A stretch of 64,000 nucleotides of DNA, taken from a bacterium (GTDB lineage: Bacteria > Patescibacteriota > Minisyncoccia > Phycocordibacterales > UBA12079). The first letter of the stretch is position 1, and the number at the start of each line of letters is the position of its first letter. Location: assembly GCA_030641525.1 (NCBI GenBank), contig DAOWHH010000001.1, positions 2,626 through 66,625 of the forward strand. The letters run 5' to 3'. The position numbers were made by a program, and so were the translations under genes. The notes under the pieces are model-generated. The model saw only the letters and a list, made by a program, of their open reading frames with translations. It was not told the origin of the DNA and searched no databases. Below, piece after piece: positions 50,717-60,173 of the stretch.

Positions 50717-50830
50717 TTCCAAAATCGGCATATTTCTTTATCAATTTCAGGAAAATTATTTTCACCGTATGCTCGATACGGCTCAAAAAATTTTCCTGAA
50801 ATTGATAAAGAAATATACTCAATTTTGAAA
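50717..50830. repeat. ~120-bp palindromic element family, copy 3
   Basis: 28-bp perfect arms atatttctttatcaatttcaggaaaatt; inner hairpin ccgtat-gctcg-atacgg. Confidence 0.85.
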
Positions 50831-50930
50831 ATTCTAAATGATTAGTCTTTAATTTTTGATAACTATCTAAAAAATATAGCAAATTTAGAGAAAATTAGAA
50901 AGGTTAAAATAAAATATCTAAATTTTTCAA

Positions 50931-50965
50931 AAAAGAGGCCCGACTACTTGTAGTAGTCGGGCCTC
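50931..50965 (-). terminator. Terminator after rplT
   Basis: gaggcccgactac/gtagtcgggcctc with T-run on the minus strand. Confidence 0.8.
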
Positions 50966-50979
50966 GAAAATTTGATATT

Positions 50980-51324
50980 TTATTTCACTGAATTTACGAT
51001 TCTTTCGAATGTTTCTGGATTTTCTTGGGCTATTTCTGAAAGTACTTTTCTATTTAGACCGATTTTTTTCTTTGTAAGTAAATCAATGAATCTACTATAT
51101 GATAAACCATATTCTCTGACAATTCCATTAATTCGAATTGTCCATAATCTACGAAAATCACCTTTTTTCTTTCTTCTGTGTCTGAAAGCATGCATAGCTG
51201 CATGAATTATACCCATTTTAGCTTGTCGTTCTTTCGTTGAAAGACCATAACGACGACCTTTCGCTAATTTTAAAACCTTTTTTCTTCTTTTTAAAGAAGT
51301 TGTTCCTCTTTTAACTCGTGACAT
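50980..51324 (-). CDS. rplT: 50S ribosomal protein L20
   Basis: MSRVKRG, FRRLWTIRIN, LNRKVLSEIA. Confidence 0.98.
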   Translation of the reverse strand: MSRVKRGTTSLKRRKKVLKLAKGRRYGLSTKERQAKMGIIHAAMHAFRHRRKKKGDFRRLWTIRINGIVREYGLSYSRFIDLLTKKKIGLNRKVLSEIAQENPETFERIVNSVK

Positions 51325-51334
51325 AATATTAAAT

Positions 51335-51526
51335 TTATTTACCTGTTCGTGGTAAGAATTGTCTTTTTACTTTATTTGATAATGAAATAACAGAACTTCT
51401 TTTCTTTTTCATAGAAGCACTTCCACTTTCTTTTGCATTAAAATGACATTGACCAGGTTTTCTGGCTATAATTTTTCCTTTTTTGGTCACCTTTAATCTT
51501 TTTGTAAATGATTTATTTGTTTTCAT
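51335..51526 (-). CDS. rpmI: 50S ribosomal protein L35
   Basis: MKTNKSFTKRLKVT; infC-rpmI-rplT synteny. Confidence 0.93.
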   Translation of the reverse strand: MKTNKSFTKRLKVTKKGKIIARKPGQCHFNAKESGSASMKKKRSSVISLSNKVKRQFLPRTGK

Positions 51527-51555
51527 AATCTTAACGATTAAATTATATGTTAGCC

Positions 51556-52068
51556 TTATTTTTTTCTTTCTAAAATAACAGTTAGTCCTTTAGGACTTTT
51601 TTTAGGTCCATCAGCTACTTTATATTCAACAGATACTAATCGTAAAACTCTTTCTAATCTTTCTTTAAGGAAATTAAAATCCATATATTTGGTTCTTCCT
51701 ATTAAAAATAGATCTAATTTTATTCGATTACCTTCTTGTAGCCATTCGGATATCCTTTTTGCCTTTAAATTTAAGTCGTGTTCCCCCGTACCTATTTTAA
51801 CCTGAACAACCTTTGTTTTGGTTTTAACTTCTTTGACTCTGGCTGCATTTAATCTCTTTTTCTGGTCATATTGGAATTTACCGTAATCCATTATTCTTGC
51901 TAAGGGAGGTTTAGAAGTTGAAGATATTTCAATTAGATCCAAATTCAATTCTTTAGCTTTAGCTAAAGCCTCAGAAGTTGGCATAACTCCAAGGTTTTTT
52001 CCTTCACCATCCAAAACACGAAGTTCAGAAGCCTTTATTTGATTGTTAATCTTTACAAATTTATTCAA
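51556..52068 (-). CDS. infC: Translation initiation factor IF-3 (non-ATG start)
   Basis: INNQI...LDLIEI...PPLARIMDYGKFQY; TTG start. Confidence 0.96.
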   Translation of the reverse strand: MNKFVKINNQIKASELRVLDGEGKNLGVMPTSEALAKAKELNLDLIEISSTSKPPLARIMDYGKFQYDQKKRLNAARVKEVKTKTKVVQVKIGTGEHDLNLKAKRISEWLQEGNRIKLDLFLIGRTKYMDFNFLKERLERVLRLVSVEYKVADGPKKSPKGLTVILERKK

Positions 52069-52164
52069 ATTAAATATTTAATACGACTTAATAAGTGAAC
52101 AGACTCCTAATATATAACATAATTATCTTTTAAAATCAATGTTTTTTGTTATAATATTCTTCTA

Positions 52165-52791
52165 ATGGACAATTTAGAATTAAAAATATTTCGGACAGGA
52201 GATTTGGATGTAAATGCCTATGTTGTTTTTAATAAGGGAAATAAGGATTGTTTTTTGGTTGATTGTCCCAAACCTATAAATGAATATTTAGATTTTATTA
52301 AGGAAAATAAACTTAATTTGAAATTTATTATCATTACCCATGGTCATTACGATCATATTGAGGGATTAAATGATTTATTAAAGGAATTTCCAGTTTTTTT
52401 CTATATTCACAAAGAAGATAGAAATATGTTGGTTAATCCTATGGAAAATGGATCTTTGATAATGTCTAAACCAGTTGTTATTAACCAAGAGCCAAAATAT
52501 TTAGAAGATAAACAGATAATTAATTTTGGAGAAAATAAATTGGAAGTAATTCATACTCCTGGGCATAGTTGTGGTGGTATTTCAATTAAAATAAAAAATT
52601 GGTTATTTAGTGGGGACACTCTTTTTTATCATACGGTGGGACGAACTGATTTACCATTTTCTAATAAAGAACAATTAAAAGATTCTATTAAACAAAAGTT
52701 TTTTTCTTTAGATAAGCAAATTAGAGTTTTTCCAGGTCATGGGCGGGAAACGACCATTGGAGAGGAAATGACAGAAAATCCTTTTATTTGA
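52165..52791 (+). CDS. MBL-fold hydrolase (glyoxalase II-like)
   Basis: THGHYDH, HTPGHS, FSGDTLF, PGHG. Confidence 0.93.
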   Translation: MDNLELKIFRTGDLDVNAYVVFNKGNKDCFLVDCPKPINEYLDFIKENKLNLKFIIITHGHYDHIEGLNDLLKEFPVFFYIHKEDRNMLVNPMENGSLIMSKPVVINQEPKYLEDKQIINFGENKLEVIHTPGHSCGGISIKIKNWLFSGDTLFYHTVGRTDLPFSNKEQLKDSIKQKFFSLDKQIRVFPGHGRETTIGEEMTENPFI

Positions 52792-52836
52792 CTCTGTGTT
52801 ATAATTACAATTATTAATATAACTTAAATAATTATT

Positions 52837-53616
52837 ATGAATATTTTAAATTTTGTGTTTTCTCATCCGACAACATTAATTCCAATTTTAATTGTTTTAG
52901 CTGTTTTGGTTTTACGACAAGTTAATCAATACGAAAAAGGGGTTATGTTTACTCTAGGAAAATTTACTGGTATTAAAGAAGCAGGTTGGAGGATTGTTAT
53001 TCCAATTTTTCAATCAATGAGAAAAATTGATATTAGAACAAAAGCGGTTGATGTACCTGATCAGGAGGCGATTACTAAAGATAATATTCCAGTAAGAATT
53101 AATGCTGTGGTTTATTATAAAATAGTGGATGCGGCTAAAACAGTTTTGGAAGTTGAAGATTATTATTATGCAACTTCTCAAGTGGCTCAAACTACAATGA
53201 GAAATGCAGTGGGAGAAAGAACTTTAGATGAATTATTACAAAAACGAGCAGAAATTGCTGAACAAATAAAAACGAGAGTAGATGGATTAACTGATCCTTG
53301 GGGAATTGATGTTGAGTCTGTTGAATTAAAGGATGTAATTATTCCTGAAGATTTAAAACGAACAATTTCAAAAGAAGCAGAAGCTGAAAGAGAAAAAAGA
53401 GCTGTGATTATTAAAGCCCAAGGAGATAAGGAGGCTTCTGATAATTTAGCTGCTGCAGCTAAGACTTTAAGTGCTACTCCTGGAGCAATGCATTTAAGAA
53501 CTTTACAAGCCGTAAATGATTTGAGTTCCGATCAATCTAATACCACTGTATGGATGTTACCTGTAGAAGTTTTGGAAGCAATTAAAGGAATTTCAGAAAA
53601 CTTAAATAAGAAATAA
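52837..53616 (+). CDS. SPFH/stomatin-like (slipin) protein
   Basis: QEAITKDN, AQTTMR, WGIDVESVELKD, AEAEREKRA. Confidence 0.95.
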   Translation: MNILNFVFSHPTTLIPILIVLAVLVLRQVNQYEKGVMFTLGKFTGIKEAGWRIVIPIFQSMRKIDIRTKAVDVPDQEAITKDNIPVRINAVVYYKIVDAAKTVLEVEDYYYATSQVAQTTMRNAVGERTLDELLQKRAEIAEQIKTRVDGLTDPWGIDVESVELKDVIIPEDLKRTISKEAEAEREKRAVIIKAQGDKEASDNLAAAAKTLSATPGAMHLRTLQAVNDLSSDQSNTTVWMLPVEVLEAIKGISENLNKK

Positions 53617-53668
53617 TTTTGGTTAAAATTATTTTAAATTATAAATTATAAATTTTAGATTTTAAATT

Positions 53669-53705
53669 AAAGACGGGCGAGGTAAAGTCTCGCCCGTCTT
53701 TCTTT
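53669..53705 (+). terminator. GC-rich hairpin preceded by heptamer-periodic repeats
   Basis: aaagacgggcgag/ctcgcccgtcttt; upstream (aaattat/aaatttt)n. Confidence 0.7.
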
Positions 53706-53734
53706 TAAATTACAAACTATACAATTATTAATTC

Positions 53735-54589
53735 ATGCTTAATTCAAAAACAGCAATAAAGAGAATTTTATTAGGATTTTTTCTGATTACCACTATTTTT
53801 GTTTGGTACGGAGTTTTGGCAGAAGAACGTAATGGCCTGATGACTGTTGCGTTTTTGGATATAGGGCAGGGTGATGCTATTTTTATTGAAACTCCTAGCG
53901 GAAAACAGGTTTTAATTGATGCTGGACCGAATAAAAAAGTTTTACGAGAATTATCAAAACAAATGCAGTTTTATGATAGAAGTATTGATATTTTAATTGA
54001 AAGTCATCCAGATTTAGATCATATTGGAGGATTTCCGGCTGTTTTAAAATCTTACGAAGTAGATTTTGTTTTTAGTTCGGGAGTAAATTGTGAGAAAACT
54101 ATTTGCGAAGAGTTTGAAAAAGAAATTTTAGCAGAGGGTATTGAAGAACAGATTTTAACTAGAGGAAATATTTTAGATTTAGGAGACGGAATTTATTTAG
54201 AAGTTTTATTTCCAGATAGAGATGCTTTTGGTTTTGAAACTAATATGGCTTCTTTAGTTTTAAAATTAATTTATGGAGAAACATCTTTTCTTTTAACAGG
54301 GGATTCTCCAAAATCAATTGAAGAATATCTAATTTCTTTAGATGCAGATAATTTAGATGTAGACATTTTAAAATTAGGACATCATGGTTCCCATACATCT
54401 ACTTCTGAAGCATTTATTGGTTTTACTAATCCAGAAAAAGCGATTATTTCTGTGGGAAAAAATAATCGTTACAAACACCCTCACCCAGATGTTTTAGATA
54501 TTTTAAATAAATTTGGAGTTGAAGTTTTAAGAACAGATCAAGAGGGGACTATTATTATAAAAAGTAATGGAGAAGATTTAATCTTTTAA
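53735..54589 (+). CDS. ComEC/Rec2-type MBL domain protein (stand-alone)
   Basis: FLDIGQGDA, SHPDLDHIGG, LLTGD, KLGHHGS, NRYKHP, RTDQEG. Confidence 0.92.
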   Translation: MLNSKTAIKRILLGFFLITTIFVWYGVLAEERNGLMTVAFLDIGQGDAIFIETPSGKQVLIDAGPNKKVLRELSKQMQFYDRSIDILIESHPDLDHIGGFPAVLKSYEVDFVFSSGVNCEKTICEEFEKEILAEGIEEQILTRGNILDLGDGIYLEVLFPDRDAFGFETNMASLVLKLIYGETSFLLTGDSPKSIEEYLISLDADNLDVDILKLGHHGSHTSTSEAFIGFTNPEKAIISVGKNNRYKHPHPDVLDILNKFGVEVLRTDQEGTIIIKSNGEDLIF

Positions 54590-54603
54590 AAAAACCTTAT
54601 ATT

Positions 54604-54846
54604 TTATATAAGGTTTGCTTTTTTTAATGTTTTATAGGCTCCGTTTTTGTTGATTGTTTTAATGGCTTTTGTGGATAATTCTAGAGTTATTGTTTTATCC
54701 AATTCTGGAACATATATTTTCTTTTTCTGGAGATTTGGTTTTCGTCTTACCTTTCCAGTAGGATTAAATTCGGTAGCACGAACACGGTTGCTGTATCTTC
54801 CAGCCATTTTTGTTCCTTTATTCGTAATAGGACATATTTTTGACAT
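54604..54846 (-). CDS. rpmB: 50S ribosomal protein L28
   Basis: MSKICPIT.K...RRKPNLQ...LSTKAIKTI.K.G. Confidence 0.92.
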   Translation of the reverse strand: MSKICPITNKGTKMAGRYSNRVRATEFNPTGKVRRKPNLQKKKIYVPELDKTITLELSTKAIKTINKNGAYKTLKKANLI

Positions 54847-54917
54847 ATCTTTTATTATTTATTACGAGTTTATGTTATCATAAAGAACATAATTTGCAAC
54901 ATTATATAATTTTATTT

Positions 54918-55538
54918 ATGGAAATTAATTTTTTATTTACAATTATAATATTATTGGCATCAGTAATAATTCATGAAGTAGCTCATGGTTATTCTGCTTA
55001 TATGTTGGGTGATCCTACGGCAAAACATGCAGGAAGATTAACTCTGAATCCCTTAGCGCACATAGATTTAATGGGTTCTATCATAGTTCCTTTATTAGCT
55101 TTTATGAGTGCTGGTTTTATGTTTGGTTGGGCTAAACCAGTGCCTTATAATCCATATAATTTAAGTAATCAAAAATGGGGTAGTGCCATTGTAGCTGTGG
55201 CTGGTCCTGCATCAAATATTCTAGTGGCTATTATTTTTGGTCTATTAATTCGCTTTAGTATTTTTTCTGGAATTGGTAATACTATATTTTTAGAGGCGGC
55301 TCAAATGGTTGTTTTACTTAACCTTGTATTAGCTGTATTTAATTTAGTTCCTATACCACCTCTAGATGGTTCTAAAATCTTATTTACTCTTTTGCCATAT
55401 CGTTATATAGAATTTAGGCAAATAATGGAAAGATATTCAATATTATTGATAATATTTTTTATTTTCTTTTTGTGGAAATTGATACTTCCTATAGTATTTT
55501 TTCTATACTGGGTTATTACTGGTTTGTCTTTTTTCTAG
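54918..55538 (+). CDS. Site-2 protease (M50)
   Basis: HEVAH, RLTLNPLAHID, AGPASN, FNLVPIPPLDG; ATG at 54918. Confidence 0.95.
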   Translation: MEINFLFTIIILLASVIIHEVAHGYSAYMLGDPTAKHAGRLTLNPLAHIDLMGSIIVPLLAFMSAGFMFGWAKPVPYNPYNLSNQKWGSAIVAVAGPASNILVAIIFGLLIRFSIFSGIGNTIFLEAAQMVVLLNLVLAVFNLVPIPPLDGSKILFTLLPYRYIEFRQIMERYSILLIIFFIFFLWKLILPIVFFLYWVITGLSFF

Positions 55539-55596
55539 ATAATGTTGCTTTTTTATGGTAAATATAGTAAATTAAGGCAATTGAATAAGTATAAAT

Positions 55597-56007
55597 ATGA
55601 CAACAATAAACCAATTATTAAAGAAAAAAAGAAAAAGAATTATTCAAAAACCCAAAGCTATTGCTTTGAGGAAGGGTTTTAATTCTTTAAAAAATAAACC
55701 TACTTCTTATAATTCTCCTTTTAAAAGGGGTGTTTGTGTTAAGGTGACAACTAAGAACCCAAAGAAACCAAACTCTGCTGTACGAAAGATTGCTAGAGTT
55801 AGATTAACAAATGGTAGGGAAGAAACAGCATATATTCCTGGAATGGGACATAATCTTCAAGAGCATTCAGTTGTACTTTTAAGAGGTGGAAAAGTAAAAG
55901 ATATTGGTGTTAGATATACAGTTGTGCGTGGAAAATTAGATGCTGAAGGAGTAGCTAATAAAAAACAAAGTAGAAGTCGTTATGGAACTAAGAAGGAAAA
56001 GAAATAA
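55597..56007 (+). CDS. rpsL: 30S ribosomal protein S12
   Basis: [23 protein letters not shown]. Confidence 0.98.
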   Translation: MTTINQLLKKKRKRIIQKPKAIALRKGFNSLKNKPTSYNSPFKRGVCVKVTTKNPKKPNSAVRKIARVRLTNGREETAYIPGMGHNLQEHSVVLLRGGKVKDIGVRYTVVRGKLDAEGVANKKQSRSRYGTKKEKK

Positions 56008-56012
56008 ATATT

Positions 56013-56480
56013 ATGAGAGGAAAATTAAAAGCAAAAAAAGAATTAAGTCCTGATAGAATTTATAACTCTACTAAAGTAAGTAAGTTTATAAATTACATAA
56101 TGTTGGATGGAAAAAAAGATGTTGCGAGAAAAATCGTGTATGATGCTTTTGACTTAATAAAGGAAAAAGATAAAAAAGATCCTTTAGAAGTTTTTGAAGG
56201 CGCTCTTAAAAATACAGGACCAACAATGGAGGTTCGTTCTAGAAGGGTTGGTGGAGCATCTTATCAAATCCCACGAGAAGTCAGAGCTGAAAGAAGATTA
56301 GCTTTATCTATGAGATGGATTCTAGGAGTAGCAAAATCAGGAAAAGGAACTCCAATGTATAAAAGATTAGCTGAAGAATTGATTTTAGCAAGTAAGAATG
56401 AAGGAGAATCAGTAAAGAAAAGAGAAAATGTTCATAAAATGGCAGATGCCAATAAAGCTTTTGCACATTTTTCTTGGTAA
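56013..56480 (+). CDS. rpsG: 30S ribosomal protein S7
   Basis: [27 protein letters not shown]. Confidence 0.98.
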   Translation: MRGKLKAKKELSPDRIYNSTKVSKFINYIMLDGKKDVARKIVYDAFDLIKEKDKKDPLEVFEGALKNTGPTMEVRSRRVGGASYQIPREVRAERRLALSMRWILGVAKSGKGTPMYKRLAEELILASKNEGESVKKRENVHKMADANKAFAHFSW

Positions 56481-56567
56481 TTCATTAGCTTATAGGATTT
56501 AGCTTTCTAGCTTGTTAGAGAGAGAACGAGCCGGAGGCTCGTTCTTTTTTCTAATAACCTAAATTAT

Positions 56568-57566
56568 ATGTTTGTAGATGAATTAAGAATATATGCGAAA
56601 GCGGGAAAAGGTGGTAATGGGGTTGTGCGCTGGTTGCATTATAAAGGGAAGGAGTTTTCTGGTCCTTCTGGAGGAAATGGCGGTAACGGTGCTAGTGTTT
56701 TTGTGCGTGCTACACGGGATTTAAATATTCTCCAAAATTATCTTCGTAAAAGTAAATTTTATGCTGAAGACGGAGAGGAAGGAATGAAAAATTCTAAATT
56801 TGGAAAAAATGGAGATGATTTATTTATAGATATACCTATTGGTTCAGTTGTCACTAATTTAGCCACAAAGAAAGAAATTCAATTATTAAAAGAAAGTGAG
56901 ACGTATAAAATATTACAAGGAGGTAGAGGAGGTTTAGGAAATGAACATTTTAAAAGTTCACGAAATACTACTCCTTTAGAATGGACTCCTGGAACAAAAG
57001 GAGAAGGAGGAGATTTTTTTATAGAAATAGAAATAATCGCAGATGCTGGTTTTGTTGGTTTTGCTAATATAGGAAAATCAACTTTATTAAATGAATTAAC
57101 TCATGCTCGTGCCAAGGTAAAAAATTATCCCTTTACCACTCTTGATCCTAATTTAGGAGATTTTTATGGTTTTATTTTAGCGGATATTCCTGGATTGATA
57201 GAAGGAGCTGCTCAAGGAAAAGGTCTGGGTCACAAATTTTTGAGACATATAAAAAGAACGAATTTATTAATTCATTGTATTTCACTAGAATCGGAGAATT
57301 CTCCAGAAGAAATGGTGACAAAATATAAAAATATTAGAAAAGAATTAGAGCAATATGATAAAGAACTCACTGAGAAGACAGAAATAATTGTTTTAACAAA
57401 ATCAGATTTATTGGATAGTGCTAATCCTGACAAAGATCTTAAAAAAATAATTAAAGCTTTAGAAAAATTAAATTCTGAAATAATTGTCACATCTGCTTAT
57501 GATGATGATTCTATAAAGAAGTTTTCTGACTTTTTAATCAAAAAATTAGAAAAAGAGAATATTTAA
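56568..57566 (+). CDS. obgE: GTPase Obg/CgtA
   Basis: FVDE...AGKGGNG, YPFTTL.PNLG, ADIPGLIEGA. Confidence 0.97.
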   Translation: MFVDELRIYAKAGKGGNGVVRWLHYKGKEFSGPSGGNGGNGASVFVRATRDLNILQNYLRKSKFYAEDGEEGMKNSKFGKNGDDLFIDIPIGSVVTNLATKKEIQLLKESETYKILQGGRGGLGNEHFKSSRNTTPLEWTPGTKGEGGDFFIEIEIIADAGFVGFANIGKSTLLNELTHARAKVKNYPFTTLDPNLGDFYGFILADIPGLIEGAAQGKGLGHKFLRHIKRTNLLIHCISLESENSPEEMVTKYKNIRKELEQYDKELTEKTEIIVLTKSDLLDSANPDKDLKKIIKALEKLNSEIIVTSAYDDDSIKKFSDFLIKKLEKENI

Positions 57567-57590
57567 TAAAAAAATAGGATCTTATAGATC

Positions 57591-57875
57591 CTATGTGTTA
57601 TTTGTGGTTTTGTTATGATTTTTTATCTCCTCAAGACTATAAAGCCCTGAAGTCCATAGGCACCCCTGAATAAATCCGAGCCATCTAAAAGTTTTTTCTA
57701 CTCTACCTTGTTCTAGAAATTTAAGCATTTTATCAGTCATTCCATAACAATGATATAAAATACCGTTATTAGAATCAATTATCTTTTCGTGAGGATAATC
57801 GGTTTTTTCTATACCCAATTTTTCAAAACGAGTTTGATATATTTCAATCACTTCTTTTATCTTTTGAGGTGTCAT
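57591..57875 (-). CDS. Hypothetical protein (accessory)
   Basis: Strong SD aaggaggt; EKTFRWLGFIQGCLW motif; hairpin at 57574-57594 separates it from obg. Confidence 0.7.
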   Translation of the reverse strand: MTPQKIKEVIEIYQTRFEKLGIEKTDYPHEKIIDSNNGILYHCYGMTDKMLKFLEQGRVEKTFRWLGFIQGCLWTSGLYSLEEIKNHNKTTNNT

Positions 57876-58026
57876 ATAATATACCTCCTTTTTATTAAGT
57901 TAAGAAATAGTATTCTGATTTGAAAATTCTGTTTATAGAATAGATTAATATATATTAATAGTCAATCTTAATGAAAATACAAATTTTTTGTACATAAGTG
58001 TCTATTTTTGATATAATCGCATCTAT

Positions 58027-59442
58027 ATGGAGAATAATTATAAAACTACAATAGGTTTGGAAATACATGCTGAATTGAAAACAAAATCTAAAATGTTTTG
58101 TAATTCTAAAAATGATACAAATGAAACGAGACCAAATGTAAATATTTGTCCTGTTTGTATGGCTCACCCTGGAACTTTACCTGTAATAAACAAAGAAGCT
58201 GTTAAAAGTGTTTTGAAAGTAGGTTTAGCTCTTAATGGTAAATTAGCTGATTTTACTGAATTTGATCGTAAAAATTATTTTTATCCTGATATTCCTAAAG
58301 GTTATCAAATTAGTCAATATAAATATCCACTTGTTTCCGGTGGGGTTTTGAACGATATAGAAATTACAAGAGTACATTTAGAAGAAGATACTGCTAAATC
58401 ATCTCACAAGGGAGATTATTCTTTAGTTGATTATAATAGAGCTGGAGTTCCTTTGATGGAATTAGTGACAGAGCCAGTAATAAAAACTGCTAAACAAGCT
58501 GGAGATTTTGCTCGGGAATTGAGATTACTTTTGCGTTATTTAGCTGTTTCTGGAGCTAATATGGAAAAAGGAGAAATGAGAGTAGAGGCTAATATTTCTG
58601 TAAGTAATAATAATAAATTAGGTACAAAAGTTGAGATTAAAAATCTTAATTCTTTTAAAGTGGTAGAGAAGGCTATTGATTATGAATCAAAACGACAGAT
58701 GAAGGAATTGGAAAAGGGAAATAATATTTTGCAGGAAACAAGAGGATGGGATGATAATAAACAAGTGACTTTTTCTCAAAGAATAAAAGAAGGATCAGAA
58801 GATTATCGTTATTTTCCCGATCCTGATTTACCAAAATTAAAGATAAGTGAAATTTCCGAATTTCAGGAAAATGAATTAAAAAAGGAAATTCCTGAGTTAC
58901 CTTGGGAAAAAAGGGAAAGATATTCTAGAGATTTTGGTATTAAAGAAGAAGATATTGAAATGTATGTTTCTAATGATTTGTATGGTCAGTTTTTTGAAAA
59001 AGTTGTTGAAAATTTTGAAGGAAATAAAAATTTAATTAAGGTTGCATCAAATTATTTAAGCTCTGATTTAGCTGGTTTAAAAAAGAATAGTGATATTAAA
59101 GATTTAGGGCAACTTTCTTCAGATAATTTTTCTTCACTTATTCAAATGCTAGGAGAAGATAAAGTATCTTCTCGTGGGGCAAAAGATATTTTAAAAGTTG
59201 TATTCGAGGAAGGAGGAAATCCTATAGATATAGCTAATGAAAAGAATTTACTTCAACAAAGTGATGAAAGTGAATTACAAAAAATTATTGATCAAGTAAT
59301 AGAAGAAAATCCATCTGTGGTTGAAGAATTTAAGGCTGGTAAAGAAGCTTCTTTAAAATATTTGATAGGACAAGGAATGAAAATAAGTCGTGGTTCGGCT
59401 AATCCAGAAAAAATTAAAGAACTTTTTATAAAAAGTTTATAG
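58027..59442 (+). CDS. gatB: Asp-tRNA(Asn)/Glu-tRNA(Gln) amidotransferase subunit B
   Basis: IGLEIHAEL, FDRKNYFYPD, HLEED, DYRYFPDPDLP. Confidence 0.98.
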   Translation: MENNYKTTIGLEIHAELKTKSKMFCNSKNDTNETRPNVNICPVCMAHPGTLPVINKEAVKSVLKVGLALNGKLADFTEFDRKNYFYPDIPKGYQISQYKYPLVSGGVLNDIEITRVHLEEDTAKSSHKGDYSLVDYNRAGVPLMELVTEPVIKTAKQAGDFARELRLLLRYLAVSGANMEKGEMRVEANISVSNNNKLGTKVEIKNLNSFKVVEKAIDYESKRQMKELEKGNNILQETRGWDDNKQVTFSQRIKEGSEDYRYFPDPDLPKLKISEISEFQENELKKEIPELPWEKRERYSRDFGIKEEDIEMYVSNDLYGQFFEKVVENFEGNKNLIKVASNYLSSDLAGLKKNSDIKDLGQLSSDNFSSLIQMLGEDKVSSRGAKDILKVVFEEGGNPIDIANEKNLLQQSDESELQKIIDQVIEENPSVVEEFKAGKEASLKYLIGQGMKISRGSANPEKIKELFIKSL

Positions 59443-59512
59443 AGTATTTATTATTCACTTATTTTTTATAATAAGTTTTATAATCGCAATTTTTAATTGT
59501 ATAATTAACAAA

Positions 59513-60163
59513 ATGATAGAAAAGTTATTAAATTTTACTTCGTTTTTCGCAAAAACATTAATTTTGTGTTTGTTTGTTTTTATTTTTATTTTTTATGGCT
59601 TTGCTTTATTTGAACCGTCTAGAGTTATGGCTGTGACTGATGAAGTGGTAGTTTCTCAAACAGTGACATCTGGTATTACAATTAGCTCTCCTGACGATAT
59701 TACCTTAACAGCTTTAAGTTTAACTCAAAATTCTGCAGTTGGAAGTACTACATGGACAGTTATTACTAACAACCAAGCTGGATATACTCTTTCTGTGAAA
59801 GCGTCGTCATCCCCAGCTTTGGTTGATAGTACAACCAGTGAATCATTTACTGATTATACTTCAAGTGGTAAAGAAGCTTGGTCAGTCTCTGATGCTTATG
59901 AATTTGGATGGTCAGCTTTTGGTGATGATGTAACAGGTCATGGAACTGATACAAATTGTGTTGCAACAACAGATGTTCCTAGTTCCACTTTACTTTGGGA
60001 GGGTTTTAATGGAACAGCAGATATTCAGATGGGGAGTAGTACTAGTGAAACAATTCAGGCTGGAACAGATACAACACTTTGTGTAGCTACAGAACAAGAT
60101 ACTGTATTTGCACCATCAGGTACCTATGCCGCTACCCTCACAGCTACGGCTGTCGTTCAATAA
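59513..60163 (+). CDS. Secreted WxL-like/pilin-like surface protein
   Basis: Signal peptide; TNNQAGYTLSV; C-terminal APSGTYAATLTATA. Confidence 0.6.
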   Translation: MIEKLLNFTSFFAKTLILCLFVFIFIFYGFALFEPSRVMAVTDEVVVSQTVTSGITISSPDDITLTALSLTQNSAVGSTTWTVITNNQAGYTLSVKASSSPALVDSTTSESFTDYTSSGKEAWSVSDAYEFGWSAFGDDVTGHGTDTNCVATTDVPSSTLLWEGFNGTADIQMGSSTSETIQAGTDTTLCVATEQDTVFAPSGTYAATLTATAVVQ

Positions 60164-60173
60164 ATCTTATTTT

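Noticed and set aside
50706..50882. N-terminal extension of ppaC in the ORF track
   Set aside because: It is read-through across the palindromic element; family homology starts at MKYIIGH (50705).
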